Assembly (NCBI RefSeq): GCF_006345805.1
Contig: NC_042999.1
Location: forward strand, 95,170,001-95,234,000
Source: Octopus sinensis
Taxonomy: Eukaryota
Length of the DNA: 64,000 bases
Direction of reading: 5' to 3'
Within the stretch, counting starts at the first letter, position 1. Each line of letters starts with the position of its first letter. The notes below the pieces were generated by a model that did not search any database, was not told the origin of the DNA, and saw only the letters and a list, made by a program, of their open reading frames with translations. A program made the translations under genes and the position numbers. Positions 13,688-26,638 of this stretch are shown here, piece after piece.

Positions 13688-14329
13688 GCATGAAAGTTCA
13701 AAGAATTCTATATTATCAAATGGTTAATTATAAAAATTTAAATTTGTTACCAAAGAATCTTTTGAAAGAAATTATTATTGTTTAGCATTTGTGTGAACAA
13801 AGAATATATAGCATACCATGTATATATAATTGTTTCTATGTATACAGCAATGCTCTACCTTCTTTATTTAATAGTTTAGCATATGATTTAAAGATAATTT
13901 GCCTGCTTTTTCTTGCAAATTGAGTGACTATGTAATGTTTCTTTCTAAACAATGTTGAAAATGTGTAGAATATAAAACGCTGTAAAAGATACTTAAAATA
14001 CGAATACTTGAAAATGTGTGTCAATAGTAATATTCATTTTGTTGCAAATATTGAATACTCAACATCTGATTAGTTTTACATAACAAGGCTGCATTTATTG
14101 CAAAATATAAAACTATGATTTATTGTTTCTTTACATGCTCTCAAAACACTAACAGTATTGAAATTATATAAGTTTCATTTTAAAATGATTTGATTCTTTT
14201 TTCTAAAATAAATTAAAACTGGAATTTAGAGAAAATATTTTCTCTATTTCTAATTAATTGTCAATAATTTTGAAGACAAGTACAGGTAAGTAGCTTCAAT
14301 TGCCAGTGTGACATCTAATATTGGAAACA

Positions 14330-14750
14330 TTGTATATGAGAATTTAGCAGCTACATTAAGAAAAGGATGTGGAATGAGTATAGGAAACTGCTGTCTGTTG
14401 ACTGGAGAGATTTTATCTCTCTAAATTAAAGGCAGAAAATATGGAACTTATGTAAGTGTAATGCTACACTTAGTAAGTCATGAAAATAAATATCCTAGAT
14501 CTGTAGATAGTGGATGGAAATGAAGTACTTATAATGATTGGGGTGTATGATAATAACTTGCATTATAAAATGAAAATAGATTAAAGATTGGATGGCTATT
14601 AAAGACATGACCAATGTATACTGAAGAGATAACTGCATTGGTGTAAATGATGTAAATGGATGATAAGTGCAGGATCAAAATATACTATAAACTGACAATG
14701 AAAGGTACCTTTAGTAGAGGAAGACAGTCTCCTTTACTGTAGGCTCCTTT
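14330..14750 (+). mobile_element. Very old RTE LINE fragment (post-RT region)
   Basis: Nucleotide similarity to the AWAKFRELLPLL..LRVKGRLYDACVR..MLHGSETW and VEGT..RGRP segments of the intact copy, with many indels. Confidence 0.6.
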
Positions 14751-15473
14751 CTTTGCCTCACAGATGAAATAGCAAAGTATCAAAAAGAGAGATGATATGA
14801 TACATGGAAAACAATGATAATAACAAGGAATATGTCAAGAATGAATGAATGATGATGATGACGATGATGATCATCATCATCACTATGGCAGTTGAGAAAT
14901 TGAGGATCAGGGAGAAGGAGAGGATGATGGTGTTGAAGAAGAAAGGGACAAGAGTGATAAAGGAGATGAATAATGATGATGAATACATCCTCATGACTCT
15001 CACACATTTCCACACTAATATTGCTGGTGCTGAGACCAAATCGTGTATCAATCTGAATTGACTGCACAAGTTAGTCTTCTCAGCTACTCTGACAAATACA
15101 TTAACACACCAAATATTCATGACCTCTTTCTAACCTCTAGATTCAATCTCTGGTCAGCTATGATTATCAGTAATGCCTGCTACTTTCAATCATCATTGTT
15201 GTCTTAACCCATCGTTTAAAAATTAATTTCTTCAATTTCACCTTCTATTCCAAACACAAAGGAATTGATGATTGAATCTAAGGCACCAATAGAAAATAAA
15301 GTATACCTCACCTAATATTTAATAATTTGGCTACACCATATTCTAGAAGTATATTTTTGTGATACTCTATCCATTTATCCCATACCACATCATCTTAGAG
15401 TGAATATAAGTGTGTATGCGTGCACACACACACACACACACACACAAACATATACAGGTAATAATGTTTGTTT

Positions 15474-15692
15474 TTAAACTTTAGCATTGAAACCTGTTGT
15501 ATCCAGCCCAAATATTCTACCTGTTTTATGCTCAAACAGGCCAGATCTAGCCTTTCACACCTAGCCATTTTACAAAATAAACAACCACATCATCAAAATC
15601 TCAAAGCTATGAAATAATGCATAATTAATGTAAAATGAGGTGAATACATAAGCATTACATTTGACAGAGTAATCTGAATCCTTAAGAGATAA
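15474..15692. mobile_element. piggyBac-like MITE (TTAA-type ends), diverged
   Basis: Ends ttaaactttagcatt ... aatccttaagagataa read as decayed TTAA-CCCTTTAGCATT / AATGCTAAAGGG-TTAA termini. Confidence 0.55.
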
Positions 15693-15863
15693 GCGAAGTT
15701 ATACTTAAAAACAATTTAGCATGAAATTGAAGACTCACTGAATACTTGTTAGCAGAGTACTTGTTAATTTTTTTCTCGATAAAGGGTGACAGTAACTTCA
15801 AATGTTTCGTTGTACTAGTTGTCATCATTTTTTGTTTGTTTTTATGTTAATTTTCTATACTAA

Positions 15864-16198
15864 CACAGGTTCTCAAAGTGGACACTACCCCCACCCCCAC
15901 CCCCAGTGGGCGTTGAGACAGTCCAGGTAGGCACTGGTGCCTAAGGGGACGGGGGCGGTAGAGAAAAAGGAGGCATTGGGAGGAAGGCAGTTGATTGGGG
16001 GACACTATGAATTTATTATAATATTATTATAGTATTGAATACAAATTATATAATATTATATTAAATATTAAATGATCCATAGTATATATAAATTAGTAAA
16101 ATATAAAATATTTATTTATGTATAAAATTAGGAGGGGGTGCTGAAGGTATTATGTGGTTATGAGTGGTGGGGAGCCCAAAAAGTTTGAGAACCTCTTG
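15864..16198. mobile_element. hAT (Charlie-like) MITE
   Basis: Terminal ca.aggttctcaaa / tttgagaacctcttg resemble CAGTGGTTCTCAAA TIRs. No clean TSD was found. Confidence 0.6.
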
Positions 16199-16774
16199 AT
16201 TAGACCAATGTGTGGCTGAGGCATTGTTTTGCAGATGGATGTCCTTCCTGCCACTAAACCTTATTTGTTTTCTTAGTAAGGCATCTCTTATTTCACTCCT
16301 CATCAAAGGTGCAAAGCTAGCAGATGATTTGCTGACAGGAGAATTGGAAGCAGTATCATCACTCGTAGCTCATGAAATCCAGAGAATATGTAAATAAACA
16401 CATAGGCACAGGTGCACATACGCACACACCCATACACACATACATACACATGTAAACATACACACAAGCACAAACACACATACACAAACACACACACACA
16501 CAGATGCATATAAATATATGTATACTCACTTGTATAGATGCTTTCTTATTACTCTCAGCAGATTTTTTTTATTTAGTAAGTAAACTATTTAGCAATCATC
16601 ATGCCATTTTATTTTCCAAGCAATAATGATAATTATTCTAAAAGTCTGCTGATCAACTATTACACCTGTCTCATGAACATAATAGTTAATTTATTAATCT
16701 TTTAGTAAATAACAAATTTGTACATTTGTATGTATGTGTAAGTGTGTGTGTATGTGTCTGTATGTATGTATGTA

Positions 16775-16805
<31 letters not shown>

Positions 16806-16814
<9 letters not shown>

Positions 16815-17152
16815 GAAATAGGTACTCAGAAAATCGGATGGTTTATATTTACAGATATTTATTTGTATATTACATTTTTTATATATATCATATAACTTAG
16901 ATCATGTATTAGCGCTTTCTCCCATTCTAGTGGGGTTTTCAAATCAAACTAAGTCCCTGTGTGAGGAGTGACTATAAAATGGTCAAAACTCCTCACACAG
17001 GAACTTAGTTTGATTTGAAAACCCCATTAGAATGGGAGAAAGTGCTAATACATGATCTAAGTTATATGATATATATAAAAAATGTAATATACAAATAAAT
17101 ATCTGTAAATATAAACCATCCGATTTTCTGAGTACCTCATTTCTTCTAATAT
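16806..17152. repeat. Near-perfect palindrome: ~164-bp arms, 18-nt spacer
   Basis: Arms 16806-16969 and 16988-17152 differ by 3 substitutions and 1 indel by my alignment. (TA)n tracts lie on both sides. Confidence 0.97.
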
Positions 17153-17181
17153 GATAATACCTGTACATCATCTCCAAACCT

Positions 17182-17216
<35 letters not shown>

Positions 17217-17218
<2 letters not shown>

Positions 17219-18041
17219 ACAGAGCATTAGTACCTTGAGAGAAATGTTGTACCTAAGAAGCATCAGTTGTGGTGTGCAAGAAAGACGATTACGCTAGTAT
17301 GGTCATGTGGCGAGAATGGATGAAGATAGGTGTGTGAAAAAGTGCCAATCCCTAGCAGTGGAGGGAACCCGTGGAAGAGGTAGACCCAGGAAAACCTGGG
17401 ACGAGGTGGTGAAGCACGACCTTCGAACTTTAGGCCTCACTGAGGAAATGACCAGCGACCGAGACCATTGGAAATATGCTGTACATGAGAAGACCAGGCA
17501 GGACAAGTGAGCCCAGCCCACTTATGCATGCCTTTCCCCCCTTGAACACAAAGACCTGTCGAGGCAAGCGAAGTCGATATCGAACCTCATCTGACGACAG
17601 GCACCCATGCCAACCCCCTTTGCTTGCGAAGACATATTGGGGCAAGTGAAATCGAAATCGAAATTGAACCAATCCTATGACTGGCACCCGGCAGATGCCA
17701 GGACCCCTGGACTGGTGGTACGTAAAAAGCACTATCTGAATCGTGGCCGATGCCAGCGCCGCCTCAACTGGCTTCCGTGCTGGTGGCACGTAAAATGCAC
17801 CAATCCGACCGTGGCCGTTGCCAGCCTCGCCTGGCACCTGTGCGGGTGGCACATAAAAAGCACCCACTACACTCATGGAGTGGTTGGCGTTAGGAAGGGC
17901 ATCCAGCTGTAGAAACATTGCCAGATAAGACTGGAGCCTGGTGCAGCCTTGTGGCTTCCCAGATCCCCGGTCAAACCGTCCAACCCATGCTAGCATGGAG
18001 AACGGACGTTAAACGATGATGATGATGATGATGATGATGAT
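17217..18041 (+). mobile_element. 5'-truncated RTE LINE (ORF C-terminus + 3' UTR + (GAT)n tail)
   Basis: ORF 17307-17510 ...VEGTRGRGRPRKTWDEVVKHDLRTLGLTEEMTSDRDHWKYAVHEKTRQDK is nearly identical to the intact ORF end. The GAT tail is at 18015-18041. Confidence 0.95.
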
Positions 18042-18046
18042 ATATA

Positions 18047-18240
18047 GGGGAGAATTCACAAAAAAACATAAGACGAAGACAGGTAGTGTAGACAACAAAC
18101 AGATGTATTAGTATAACACTTGGGAAGGGAAAAAGTCTTTAATGATTCGAGCCTACACTCTTCTACAGAAAGGAACACAGAAAGAAACAAGGAGAGAAAA
18201 TAAAGAATGTGTAGTGGCTAGAGATCTATCATGGTGAAAT
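18047..18240 (-). mobile_element. Penelope-type terminal repeat fragment (same family as 33660-33860)
   Basis: The reverse complement aligns with 33667-33860 and includes a decayed hammerhead-like motif at 18136-18172. Confidence 0.7.
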
Positions 18241-19036
18241 ATATTTGTGAATTTTCAGACTACCTTAGGTTTCATGCATTTACAGTTTGCAATCTTCAAG
18301 TGTTCCATTTAAAAGATAATGGTTAAACCATCTCTGTTTTAGAATTGGCTACATGAGATTTCATGAGACATCAAATATTATTAGGTGGAGCAAAAGTAAA
18401 ATCAAAATACCCAGGTAATAGGAGGTAAATATTCAGAGACTTTGGCAGTTTATACTTTCTTTACACTTATATTGATTTTGAAAGTGGTAGTAAAATGCTA
18501 ATATATATTCTTCTCTGTTATTAGCAGTTTATGGCATACATAATCTTGCAGTAAGTGTGCATGTCCAAGCAAAACTAAAAGAAATATTCATTTACATGGG
18601 ATGTGTATTTCGGATTTCGCTTTGTACCATCTGATAACATTTGAAATCTTGTGAAATCTCACATAACCAAACCAGAATAGAGAGAAAGATTACCATCGTT
18701 TTGTAAGTGGAACACTTGAAAGTTGTAAATCTTATGTACTTGAAACCAAAGGTGGCATAAAAAAAAATGCACAGGTAAAGGAGGCATTTATCCAGCAGTG
18801 CAATGTTGTGTACTTCTCAAGGTTAGCTGGTAACATATATAGGTATATATGTGAATGCGTGTGTGTGTAGATTCAAATGAATATGGTACTTAAGTTAGGG
18901 CACCAGACTTTAGTAACTTCTATGCTGAAGTAGAGACAACATGTTCTTTGTCTATCTACTTAACTTCTTGGAGATTTTAGGTATTATTATACTAATGTGT
19001 CCATCTGTTCTATTTTAATTAAATTCTATGTCTTTG

Positions 19037-19123
19037 TGCAGCTGAAGATTGCTCTACATTTTCAATTGATGTAATGATTGCATTGTCCAATTAAATGGAG
19101 TTGCATGAAACGATTGTACTGCA
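19037..19123 (+). ncRNA. Candidate type I minimal hammerhead ribozyme in a Penelope-type terminal repeat
   Basis: tgcag-CTGAAGA-(stem II)-GAAA-C-gatt-GT-A-ctgca. The core is intact, stem I is 5 bp, stem III is near-palindromic (ACGATTGT) and the cleavage triplet is GUA. Stem II is imperfect. Confidence 0.55.
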
Positions 19124-19167
19124 TTACCTCTGGATATCCTTGTTTCTTATTTTGATGTGTATATATA

Positions 19168-19199
<32 letters not shown>

Positions 19200-19200
<1 letters not shown>

Positions 19201-19515
19201 ATACAAAGTAGAGGAAAATTAAAGTGCAAATCCTAGGCAGTCAACCAAATTCCCAAAAGCATAAATGAAGATATTCAATCAATGTAATTGAATCATATAT
19301 ATTTATACACATCAACATAAATAATGCATGTATAGGTGTAAAGATTCTCCAAGGGTATAAAGAACAAAACCAAACACATAAAAATACAGGAGAGATATAA
19401 AACATATAAAAATACATATAAAATCACATATAAATAAGGATTACATGTAAAAAGTTAAGCATGATACAGGTTGACTGCCAAGGATTTGTGTTTTCATTTT
19501 CTTCTACTTTGTATT
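19200..19515. repeat. Inverted repeat, ~47-bp arms (19200-19246 / 19469-19515), ~220-bp spacer
   Basis: atacaaagtagaggaaaattaaagtgcaaatcctaggcagtcaacc versus the reverse complement of ggttgactgccaaggatttgtgttttcattttcttctactttgtatt. Confidence 0.85.
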
Positions 19516-19569
19516 ATTTTGTTTTAGCTCTCTATGGGCACTCCATAAATAGCCCATACTTTCTATAAC

Positions 19570-19650
<81 letters not shown>

Positions 19651-19805
19651 GTATATATGTAAGTATAAATATGTATGTATGTGTATATGTATATATATAT
19701 ATATATATATATACAGGCATATATATATGTATATGTAAACATACATTCATATATATGTACAAACATATATGCATACATATATATATATATATATATATGT
19801 ATATT

Positions 19806-19852
<47 letters not shown>

Positions 19853-19854
<2 letters not shown>

Positions 19855-20472
19855 CATTATCATCATCGTTTAACATCCATTTTCCATGCTGGCATGAGTT
19901 GGACGGTTCAACTGGGGTCTGGGAAGCCAGGAGTCTGCACCAGGCTTCAGTCTTATCTAGCAGTGTTTCTATAGCTGGATGCCCTTCCTAATGCCAACCA
20001 CTCCAAGAATGTAGTGGGTGCTTTTTTACACGCCACTAGCACAGGAGCCAGAGGGGGTAGGCATCAACCACAATCGGATGGTGCTTTATATGTGCCACTG
20101 GCACAGAAGCCAGTCAAGGTGGTGCTGCATCGTCCACATTCGGATGGTGCTTTCAACATTCCACCAGCATGGGTATCACAATTACAATTTCCATTTGAAT
20201 GTGATTTTATTTGATTTTGATGTACTTGACTCAATAGGTCTCCTCAAGCACAGCATGTTGTCCTACGATCCAAGGAACTTTTGGGTGGGCTGGTTATGCG
20301 ACACTGGTGTGGGTTACAGCTGTGAACTCACTTTATTTACCAGGTCTTCTCAGTCACAGCATATCTCCAGAGGTCTCAGTGTTTTGTCATTGTGAGGCCC
20401 AACATTTGAAGCTCATGCTTCAGCACCTCATCGCAAGTCCTCCTGGGTCTTCCTCTACTCCGGATTTCTTCC
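19853..20472 (-). mobile_element. 5'-truncated RTE LINE 3' fragment
   Basis: The minus strand reads RSRGRPRRTCDEVLKHELQMLGLT, then a 3' UTR with the shared terminal block and a (GAT)n tail next to (TA)n. Confidence 0.9.
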
Positions 20473-21517
20473 TGTGTGTGGGAGTGGCACTTCTTCACAC
20501 AGCTCTCCTCATCCACCTGTAGTACATGACCATACTAACACAAATGTCTCTCTTGCTGACATTGAAAACATGTAAAATGATGATGATGATGATATAAACA
20601 TGCATTCTTACATACATACAGTGTAAAAATATACCTCGTACAGATATGTTCAAGCATAAGATGTATTGAGTTACCAAACTAGTTTCCTTCAAATAAATTA
20701 TCTACTTGAATAACAACTTTCCTAATGAAAGCCATGTAATTACTGCTTCAGGTTTAACAAAATAAACATGTTCCTCAGAGTTTTATTCTTTAGAATTCGG
20801 TTTACTATTTGTTTATCTTGTAATTGCTGCATTTTAATTGTTCAAGTTATAATTTGTGTTTACACTTTAGTTCAGTTCAGAATATATGCATGAGTGTAAG
20901 TATATTTGCATGTTCCCATGCAAACACACACACTCAGAAATATGCATTTGTGTGTGAATATATGTATTTAAATTAATATGTATATATATCATAATATATA
21001 AATTTGAAAATACACAAAATCTTGTGTAAATGATGTGTGTGTGTGTGCGCTTGTGGCTATGTGTATGTGTGTGTGTGTGTTTGTGGCTATGTGTGTGTGT
21101 GTCTGTACGTCTGTCAGTCTGTTTGTCCGTCTGTTTGTCTGTCTGTCCACATGTGTGTGTATAGTAAGCAAGCATGTATATAAACAAAGATGAACCAAAA
21201 GAAAGAAAATTGTCAAATGCAATTGGTGATCAAATTGCAATCCTTAGCCAATGTTTGTTCATGTTTACAATTAAACTTCCTCTTTGATACCAAATATTCC
21301 AAAAGTAAATATTGTAACAATCAATCAACATATATATATATATATATATATATATTTGTATAAATATGCATATTTAAATATTTGTGCATATGTGTATGCA
21401 CATATACAGATACATGCATGCACACACACATACACACACACATATATATGTATATACGATATACTTAGGTATTTAAATATATATGTACATATATGTATGC
21501 ATATGTATGTATATATA

Positions 21518-21560
<43 letters not shown>

Positions 21561-21964
21561 CATATATATGTGTGTGTGTGTATATATACATACATACATA
21601 TATACATATATATATGTGTGTCTATATATATATATAAACACATACACTCACACACACAAATACACACATATGCAATCTATAATTTATCTACCACCCTCAC
21701 TCTCTCATTCTCTCTCACTTTCTATATTGTTGTCTCTGTCTGCCTATGTACTTGTAGTGTACATGTACAACCATATCAGTATAGACATATGCCTTCATAA
21801 TCATACTCAAAACATGTTCTATGGCTTTGTCTGGGAAGTAAGAAATAAGTTTCATTGCTTTAGATAGAGTTTATTTAGTACATTTTAGTTGAAAGAACAC
21901 AATAATTCCACACATGCATACTCATATACAAATGTGTGTGTATGTGTATATATTTGTACATATA

Positions 21965-22190
21965 CAGTAAACCCTCGACTTTACATTCCGAAACCCCTGC
22001 GATAGGTGAAAATTGGCAAAGTAGAAACAGTACTGTACTGTATATTTTCTTAATTTATTTTTATAATTTGTACATATTTATCTTATTATAAATGCAAAAC
22101 AACACCACAGAGGAATCAACATAAACTTAAATAATAAACTGTGATAGGTGAACCATGGCAGGTGAACCGTGATATGGCGAGGAATTACTG
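21965..22190. mobile_element. Tigger/pogo-type MITE (~226 bp)
   Basis: TA-cagtaaaccctcg ... cgaggaattactg imperfect TIRs (11/13 match). A TA is present on the left flank. Confidence 0.75.
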
Positions 22191-22326
22191 AGCCATATAT
22201 ATATGAACTATTGTACATGTTTTAATGGCATTTGGGTAAATGTCTTCTACTATAGCCCTTGGCTGACCAAAGCCTTCTGAGTGGATTTGTTAGATGGAAA
22301 CTGAAAGAAACCCAATTCTATATAAA

Positions 22327-22493
22327 TCTAATATATAAATCCCATTCTGTCTGTCTGTTTTTTGTGCATTTATAACTCGAGTACTGTTCATCTGATCGTG
22401 CTGAAACTTTAAGCATGGATACATGAGAGAGCAGGACATTCCATAATTTAAAAAGATTTTCAAAATTGTCAGTTTCAAAGTGAGAATCGCTAG
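22327..22493 (+). mobile_element. Non-autonomous Helitron-like element
   Basis: A|TCTAATATATAAA start with (CTGT)n near the 5' end, and a CTAG|T end at 22490-22494. The 3' hairpin is not clear. Confidence 0.55.
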
Positions 22494-25400
22494 TTTTGTA
22501 ATATTTTTGTCCTGTTTCTTCCACCATCTTGTTCATTAACTGACGTTCTAAACAATTCATTTCTACTTTTTCACATTTATATGACAGATATATACAAATA
22601 AAGCTTACTATTTGTAAATACAGTCTCATTTTGATTTAAATATTAGACCACGAACAACTGTATTCATTTCTGCGTTTTCACATGTTTGTAAGCAGCTAAA
22701 AAAATTTATATCACTCTAACTTTAATTAACTGTAATCAACCACGAGCATTCGCAGTCTTACAGCTGTTTTTCATACAATAAACCACCTGACATGAAAATC
22801 TACAAGGAAAAGGCAGTTACCTTAAATGAGCAAAAAAGTGAAAATAAAGCAAATAAATAACTGGTGATTACTCAATTTTCTGAAGATATTCTCAACAAAA
22901 TTCAATTGAAAGTAGAAAAGACTAATTGATTACTTTATAACATGTGAAAAATTAAGGGGGCAGGGTTACATCTAAAACCTTGCCTAAAGTTTCTCATCCA
23001 ACTTTAAAAAATAAGTAGTATTGTTCAATTTTTGAGATGAAATTGATTTGCAAAGAATATGCCTTATGTTATTTTATTGCACATTGTGTTATTTCACCCC
23101 CAAGTTTCAACTCTTTTTGTGTCAGTTTTTGAGAGAAGAGAGACTTCCCTAAGCATTTTTGCACCTTTATTGAATAGCAGTTTCTATTTGCCTGTCCATC
23201 GAGTGATTTTTTTATTTGAAATTAATGTTACTTATCTCATATTTCTAACCACTACGCTAGTGAAATTTGAAATAAAATACATAAAGCAACAGTCATCAAA
23301 TGCAAAAGCTAGAGAACTGTTTATTGCTTAAATATTACTTGCAATATTCACTTTGGAGATAAAACAGTGTTCAGTCTGACGTAAAGGTGTCAACATGAGG
23401 TATGTACTATGGAAGAGTATATTGTGCTTATCCTAATGTGAAACTGCTTGAGTGCAAAAACTTTAAGGTTAATTATGATGTCTGACTCCACTGGACGTTG
23501 TATATATTGTGGGCTGAATAGCTTTCCTTCATTTTATTAGCCTCATGACAATTTTGAAAAGGTTCACTGCGTTAAGATTCACTATCAATCAATTTTCCAT
23601 ATTTAGAAGAAACAGTCAACAGTTTTAACGTCTCAGGAATCTTTAATTCCCTAACCAAAAGTAACAACTCCATACAAACACCAAACATCTCCACAACTTA
23701 ACACGGTCCAAGTTAACCCTCTTCACCTATACAAACTGTCTAAATGATGCGGGGGGAGGCGTTTGCTAGTATATACATAATATGTGTTTGTGTGTGTGTG
23801 TGCACGCACACATACACACACACAAGTATCTATATGTGAGTGTATCTTTGTGTTTGTTCCCAACCACAGCTTGACAACTAGTGTTGGTTTGTCTTCATCC
23901 CTATAACTTAGCACTTCAGCTAAAAAGACCCATAAAATAAATACCAGACTTTAAAAAAAATAATTTCTGAGGTTGACTCAGCTAACTAAATCCCTTCAAG
24001 GCAGAACCCCAACATGGCCACAGTCGAATGACTGAAACAAGTAAAAGATGCCTTCTCCTCATGATTTTCCTTCTCAAACTAATCCAGTTCACTTTACCTA
24101 TTAAAAATATTTCGTTTTTATTATTTGAAATTTCAAGTTGTATCCCTTGTTTTCCTTCACCAGAATTAGCCATTGAAGATAACAATTCTTTTTTTCCTCA
24201 TATGAGTGTACTTTCAACAGATCAAACATTATTTTGGTTCACTAAATTAAGCTACTAATAGCCCTACTATATTTAACTTTACTTTAAAAACTTGGATTGA
24301 TATTTTCTAGGGGCTAGAACCCATATAAACCTAGTATGATTTTAAACTAATGTATCTATCACTAATTAAAATATATTTGAATACCCCATTGTTCATGGCA
24401 TAATAGCAGTGGAGGTGTATACTAAGTAATAGTTGATGAGTTAAGTCTGTATAGATACACATGGTCACCAAGAGAGCAACAAAATTGATTAGATGTCAAA
24501 ATATGAGATGTGTTGTTGTTATTACAGTTATGATTTTTAGGAGCATTAACCTTGTCACTGGATACAAAATAATATTTAGTATTTACTATGGTTTGATCTA
24601 TATTGTACTGTTGCTATGCTGACTGCTATTTTTTGTGTTAGTGATCCACAGTTGTACATTGAAGAAGACAATGAAATCTATTGAGACTTTTGACAAACAA
24701 ACTTTTATTCTTTTTATACGCAAGCAAAAGTGAAATACTGTTGTTATTATGAACGACAGATATTGAGAGAGAGTTGTTATGTTATTGTTCTTGGTGTAAT
24801 TCTAATAGTATTCAAAAAGGTAACTGCTAATTGTTGTGTTGCTGTGGTTGGTAGTTCATTATGCTAATGTCAGCTTGGTTCAGCCACTGCCTGCATCTGT
24901 TCACTGTCCATCTGCCATGTTATTTCATGCTTTTTCCTCTACTTCCCAAAGCTCTGTCTGGTAGTCATGGTTTGTCACTTTTATACAGATTGATGGCACA
25001 GAAAGAGGCATGCCAGAAGTTGAAATTGTTACAGGAGCCTATTCCAAATGAGGTTATGCTTGGTCAGATTTTGTTGATCATGTGGGTAATATTCTAGTGA
25101 ATCACAACATCAAGTAATTGCAGAATATTCCTGCTACATTTTCATCACCAGTTGTCATGAGATTCGTATTCTTGGTTATGTAGATGATACAGGCATCAAA
25201 GGCTTAGTGAATAAGAAAATCATTACTCTTATTTTAGAAATAATGGTTCGTAATTCAATTCCAGACTGGTACTATGTACACATTCAGGAATAAAACATAT
25301 AATGAAGATTGGAGAGCAAAATGATGAAAGTGTCATGCAATGTAAATACTGAATAAAAAAAATATTCTTTTCTAAAGATGAGGTGAACATACAAAAATGA

Positions 25401-26229
25401 TTATTGAATCAATAGAAGAGATGATTTTTTTTCCTCAATACTTGATAAGAATAAATTTGAAAAGTATAGAGATATATTTCCTTATGTGTTATATGGAAGA
25501 TCTTAATCCATAAACAGGTTTCACTTTTTTGAGCAAGATAACTGTGTAAAACTCAGATATAGAATGACATCTTGACATATGAAAAGATTTTTAGATTCTA
25601 CATACTTTTACTAAAGTTGAATTTTGAACAGTCTTGTGTTTTTGCATCAACAGATTAAAAAACATTGTATATGCATACATACAATACATATATATTTTAC
25701 ACCGATTTTCCTATGCTGGCATACAAAGAACAGATACTTGAGGCAGTATTGTTGCATACTCATACTTGATTTTGAAGTAAGGGTTTTCTTTTTATTTCAC
25801 AAAACATTAAAACAGTACAGTTACAGAATGTAGTGTTCACTGGGAATATAAACATGGTAAAACCATTTTTAGCTGAGGTGGTTTCATGTGAGGAAGTGAA
25901 AATGACAACTTCATGCACACACACACATATACACATGCTTATAGATACATACAAACAAGCACACACACACATATCATACTCTTCCTCATCATCAACATTT
26001 TAACATCTATTTTTCCATACTCGTATGGGCTGGATCGTATGTGTGTGCATGTGTGTATGCATGTGTGTGCGTGTGTGTGTGTGTGTCTGCATGCATGCAT
26101 GTGAGTATAGGTGGGTGTATGTGTGTACAGAAAACATTTCTAAATATCTATAGGAATTGTTCTTTAAAATTGTTCTTTAAATATCTATAGGAATTGTTCT
26201 TTAAATGTGTTTTAAAGTAAATGTTTTTA

Positions 26230-26638
26230 GGCATAGGAGGGGCTGTGTGGTAAGTAGCTTACTTACCAACCACATGGTTCCGGGTTCAGTCCCACTGCGT
26301 GGCACCTTGGGCAAGTGTCTTCTGCTATAGCCTTGGACCCACCAAAGTCTTGTGAGTGGATTTGGTAGACGGAAATTGAAAGAAGCCCGTTGTATATATG
26401 TATATATATATATGTGTGTGTGTATATGTTTGTGTGTCTGTGTTTGCTCCCTCAACATCGCTTGACAGCAGATGCTGGTGTGTTTATGTCCCCGTAACTT
26501 AGTGGTTCAGCAAAAGATACCGATAGATTAAGTACTAGGCTTACAAAGAATAAGTCCTGGGGGCGATTTGCTCGACTAAAGGTGGTGCTCCAGCATGGCC
26601 GCAGTCAAATGACTGAAACGAGTAAAAGAGTAAAAGAG
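26230..26638 (+). mobile_element. Full-length tRNA-derived CORE-type SINE (octopus OR-like)
   Basis: tRNA-like head with B-box ggttcagtcc, core gtggcaccttgggcaagtgtcttc, internal (TA)/(TG) tract and (GTAAAAGA)n tail. Confidence 0.85.

Noticed and set aside
14780-15120. Acidic or hydrophobic ORFs (EDQGEGEDDGVEEE...)
   Set aside because: GAT/GAA low-complexity sequence with nearby stops and no domain.
26141-26205. Short tandem duplication (taaatatctataggaattgttctttaaa x2) before a SINE
   Set aside because: Ordinary local slippage; it is not a TSD of the SINE.
26230-26300. tRNA genes at SINE heads (also ~43500-43570 and ~62780-62847)
   Set aside because: They have Pol III box-like motifs but no complete cloverleaf, and they continue into SINE bodies.
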